Shown here in pieces: positions 57,235 through 59,145 of a DNA stretch of 59,145 nucleotides (positions are counted from its first letter, which is position 1; every line of letters begins with the position of its first letter). The notes below the pieces were generated by a model that was given only the letters and a program-made list of their open reading frames with translations, made no database searches and was not told where the DNA came from. Source of the stretch: a virus. Its lineage: Duplodnaviria > Caudoviricetes. The DNA is taken from positions 1-59,145 of the IMG/VR virus record IMGVR_UViG_3300017722_002103; one strand, given 5' to 3'. The position numbers and the translations under genes were made by a program.

Positions 57235-57435
57235 CGCCTGCTTAAAATTGAGCTTTGGTAATCTTTATCACGCTTTGTTGATTTTTGAGCACGCATGTAA
57301 CGCTTGCCAGTAACCTTTCGCTATGGGGTGGCGTGCGTATGTTTGTCATGCGCTTCGGCGCTGATGTTTGAAAATCAAGCGGGCGGGACACGGCCCTAAA
57401 CCGTTCCCGCCCATCACTTAGAGGATACCTAAGCA

Positions 57436-57951
57436 ATGAACTATCTTACGCAAGATCGCGCGATGTTCGCAAGCTCTGGCCTGATGTGGCTGGCAATCGG
57501 TTTCGGTTGTCTGTCGTTCTGGTCTGATCCTGTCGCCGGGATGTTTGCCGGGAAGTCGATCGTCGAGATAACGCCCGACTTCATCGTCGCCGGGATGCTG
57601 ACTGCGGCGATCGTGTTCGTGTCCTATCTTCTCTCGGGAAGTGTCACGCGCTTTGCCGAGGCGAAAGAGAAGGGCTTTCGGTTCACCGCTGGCCTGACGA
57701 TCGCCCTAGGGCTCGTTCTCGTCGGGATCGAAGCCGGGATGACCCATCAGGGTTTGGCGTGGCTCGATGCACGGAAAGAGCTTGCCGATGATTGGGCGCT
57801 CTGGACGGCTTCGTTTGGTCTGTCCGCCTTCAACGTCTTCAGCCTCTACACCTTCGCCAGAGATTTGAAGATGAAGGTCGACCCGATGACAAGCGCCGCG
57901 AAGATGCTCGCCTTTAAGAGCGTCGAGAAACGGCAAGCGAATAAAGCCTGA
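57436..57951 (+). CDS. four-TM membrane protein
   Basis: Four hydrophobic segments; AGAGGA RBS; own intergenic region with degenerate palindromes at 57239 and 57276. Confidence 0.7.
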   Translation: MNYLTQDRAMFASSGLMWLAIGFGCLSFWSDPVAGMFAGKSIVEITPDFIVAGMLTAAIVFVSYLLSGSVTRFAEAKEKGFRFTAGLTIALGLVLVGIEAGMTHQGLAWLDARKELADDWALWTASFGLSAFNVFSLYTFARDLKMKVDPMTSAAKMLAFKSVEKRQANKA

Positions 57952-57964
57952 TCCAAAAAAAACG

Positions 57965-58059
57965 AAACGCCGCTCCGAAAGGGGCGGCGTTTTGCGTTGC
58001 TCAAAATTGAAAACGGCGCGGGTAGGAAGCTCAACTCTTCCCCGCGCCGTTTTCTTTTT
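57965..58059. terminator. two tandem hairpins, bidirectional terminator between convergent genes
   Basis: AAACGCCGCTCC-GAAA-GGGGCGGCGTTT (57965-57992) and AAAACGGCGCGGG...CCCGCGCCGTTTT followed by CTTTTT. Confidence 0.75.
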
Positions 58060-58195
58060 GCGCCCCTGCCTTGGGGACGGGGGACGCTGCGAACCGATCA
58101 GCAATCGGACTTCCGTTATTGCCGATCTTCCGCGCCTTAGCAACTGGCTTTTGCCGCGCCTAGGATGCGTCAGGATCGCGATCGGGGCGGACAGG

Positions 58196-58333
58196 CTATC
58201 GAATGACAGCCAGCGCACCGAAGAGCCCTAGGACGACGCCTAGGGCCGCGCACCCTATCAAGGCGGCGGCGATCAGGCCGTCGATCCCGACTTGCATCAG
58301 GCGATCGAAACCGTTTCGTCGATCGTCGCTCAT
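58196..58333 (-). CDS. small membrane protein
   Basis: MSDDRRNGFDRLMQVGIDGLIAAALIGCAALGVVLGLFGALAVIR. Confidence 0.45.
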   Translation of the reverse strand: MSDDRRNGFDRLMQVGIDGLIAAALIGCAALGVVLGLFGALAVIR

Positions 58334-58424
58334 TGGGCGATCGGGATGAAGATGAAGATCGCGACCATGACGACGCCGCCGATCGCGAGCGCCGCGCAAA
58401 GCTGCATGAGGTCTTGCGATTTCA

Positions 58425-59075
58425 TCAGCACTTATCCCAATCGTCAGCGTCGCCACGGATCGCGGCCATGATTTCTTCGAGCGCAGCCCCGGTCGGCGGG
58501 CGCTTCGCGGCTACGCGCCGAATGGGAATTTTCTTCTCCCGAAGCCTGACGGTCATCAGGCCGCGCACGAACCTCTTGCCTTCTTCAGTCAGCCAGTAGC
58601 GGCATTGGTGGGGATGGTCTTCGATGTCTTCCTGATAGCACTGGCGCAAATTGAAATTGCATTCCCAATCGACTAGGCGGTGACGCGCGTCCGCCCGGCA
58701 GAGCCCTTGCAGGCTCGCCATTTCGGTAGGGTCGAACAGGTAGCCAAGCATAGGGCGCGGCAGCGTGGGGCCATGCATGCGATGCAGGATCGCGACCTGA
58801 TACTGACTGATCGCGAAGTGATCGGATATCGAGACACGGGGCGCGGGCTTGCGCCCTAGCGCGCGCTCGCCGTCTTCAGTCAGGCGGACGCGATGCGCGA
58901 CAAGCGCATCGATCGTCGCGTCGGAACCCATCAGCCTGATCAGTGGCGGTTCGGCTTCGATCCATTCGCGAACGCGCTTCCGCTGCGGCTTGGAAAGATC
59001 GCGTCCGGCGACGCCAGCGCCGCCCGCGTCCGCGATCAATTGAAGGGTTTCGATTTGGGGATTTGTGAGCTTCAT
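58425..59075 (-). CDS. protein with two tandem winged-helix-like repeats
   Basis: LTNPQIETLQLI...RLTEDGERAL and ISQYQVAILHRM...WLTEEGKRFV. Confidence 0.6.
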   Translation of the reverse strand: MKLTNPQIETLQLIADAGGAGVAGRDLSKPQRKRVREWIEAEPPLIRLMGSDATIDALVAHRVRLTEDGERALGRKPAPRVSISDHFAISQYQVAILHRMHGPTLPRPMLGYLFDPTEMASLQGLCRADARHRLVDWECNFNLRQCYQEDIEDHPHQCRYWLTEEGKRFVRGLMTVRLREKKIPIRRVAAKRPPTGAALEEIMAAIRGDADDWDKC

Positions 59076-59145
59076 GCGGGCGAAGATGCACGATCGATCG
59101 CGTCGCGGCAAACAATCAGGCTCTAACTTTATACGAACTCAAAAC

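Noticed and set aside
63-57291. TGCTCAA-NN-TTGAGCA as a host LexA, CtrA or FNR/FixK site
   Set aside because: It does not match alphaproteobacterial LexA (GTTC-N7-GTTC), CtrA (TTAA-N7-TTAA) or FNR/FixK (TTGAT-N4-ATCAA) consensus

Overview
The window reads as an essentially complete ~59 kb, GC-rich (~60-63% by eye) siphovirus genome. The host is probably an alphaproteobacterium, given a GcrA homolog and apparent GANTC avoidance. Gene order on the + strand: GcrA-like regulator, terminase, portal, MuF fused to a zeta-toxin-like kinase, scaffold, capsid, a neck/appendage module, tail genes (lambda-type -1 frameshift), a long repeat-rich tail-tip protein, and lysis genes (muramidase, spanins). Then come a small leftward early cluster (34.3-37.7 kb), a recombination/replication module (RusA-like, Sak4-like AAA, DUF669 SSB, Cas4-like nuclease, SF2 helicase, primase-polymerase/helicase) and a rightward early region (49-58 kb). 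I recognised no integrase, DNA polymerase or tRNA. The most striking unexplained structure is an array of small genes built as cassettes. Each cassette starts with a shared 16-bp palindrome (TGCTCAA-NN-TTGAGCA) overlapping a promoter, then a conserved ...GTTTCATC element and an AGGAAGCTC start-associated sequence. The array ends in HTH genes, including a stand-alone CapW/BrxR-type winged helix. Other layers: a late-gene motif GCGAAACACCTTA, G-RAG-C triloop hairpins in packaging/head leaders, a dispersed over-represented 9-mer CCCTGTCCG, and codon-level avoidance of GANTC/CCWGG/CTGCAG. All product calls come from motif recognition and synteny, not from database searches.
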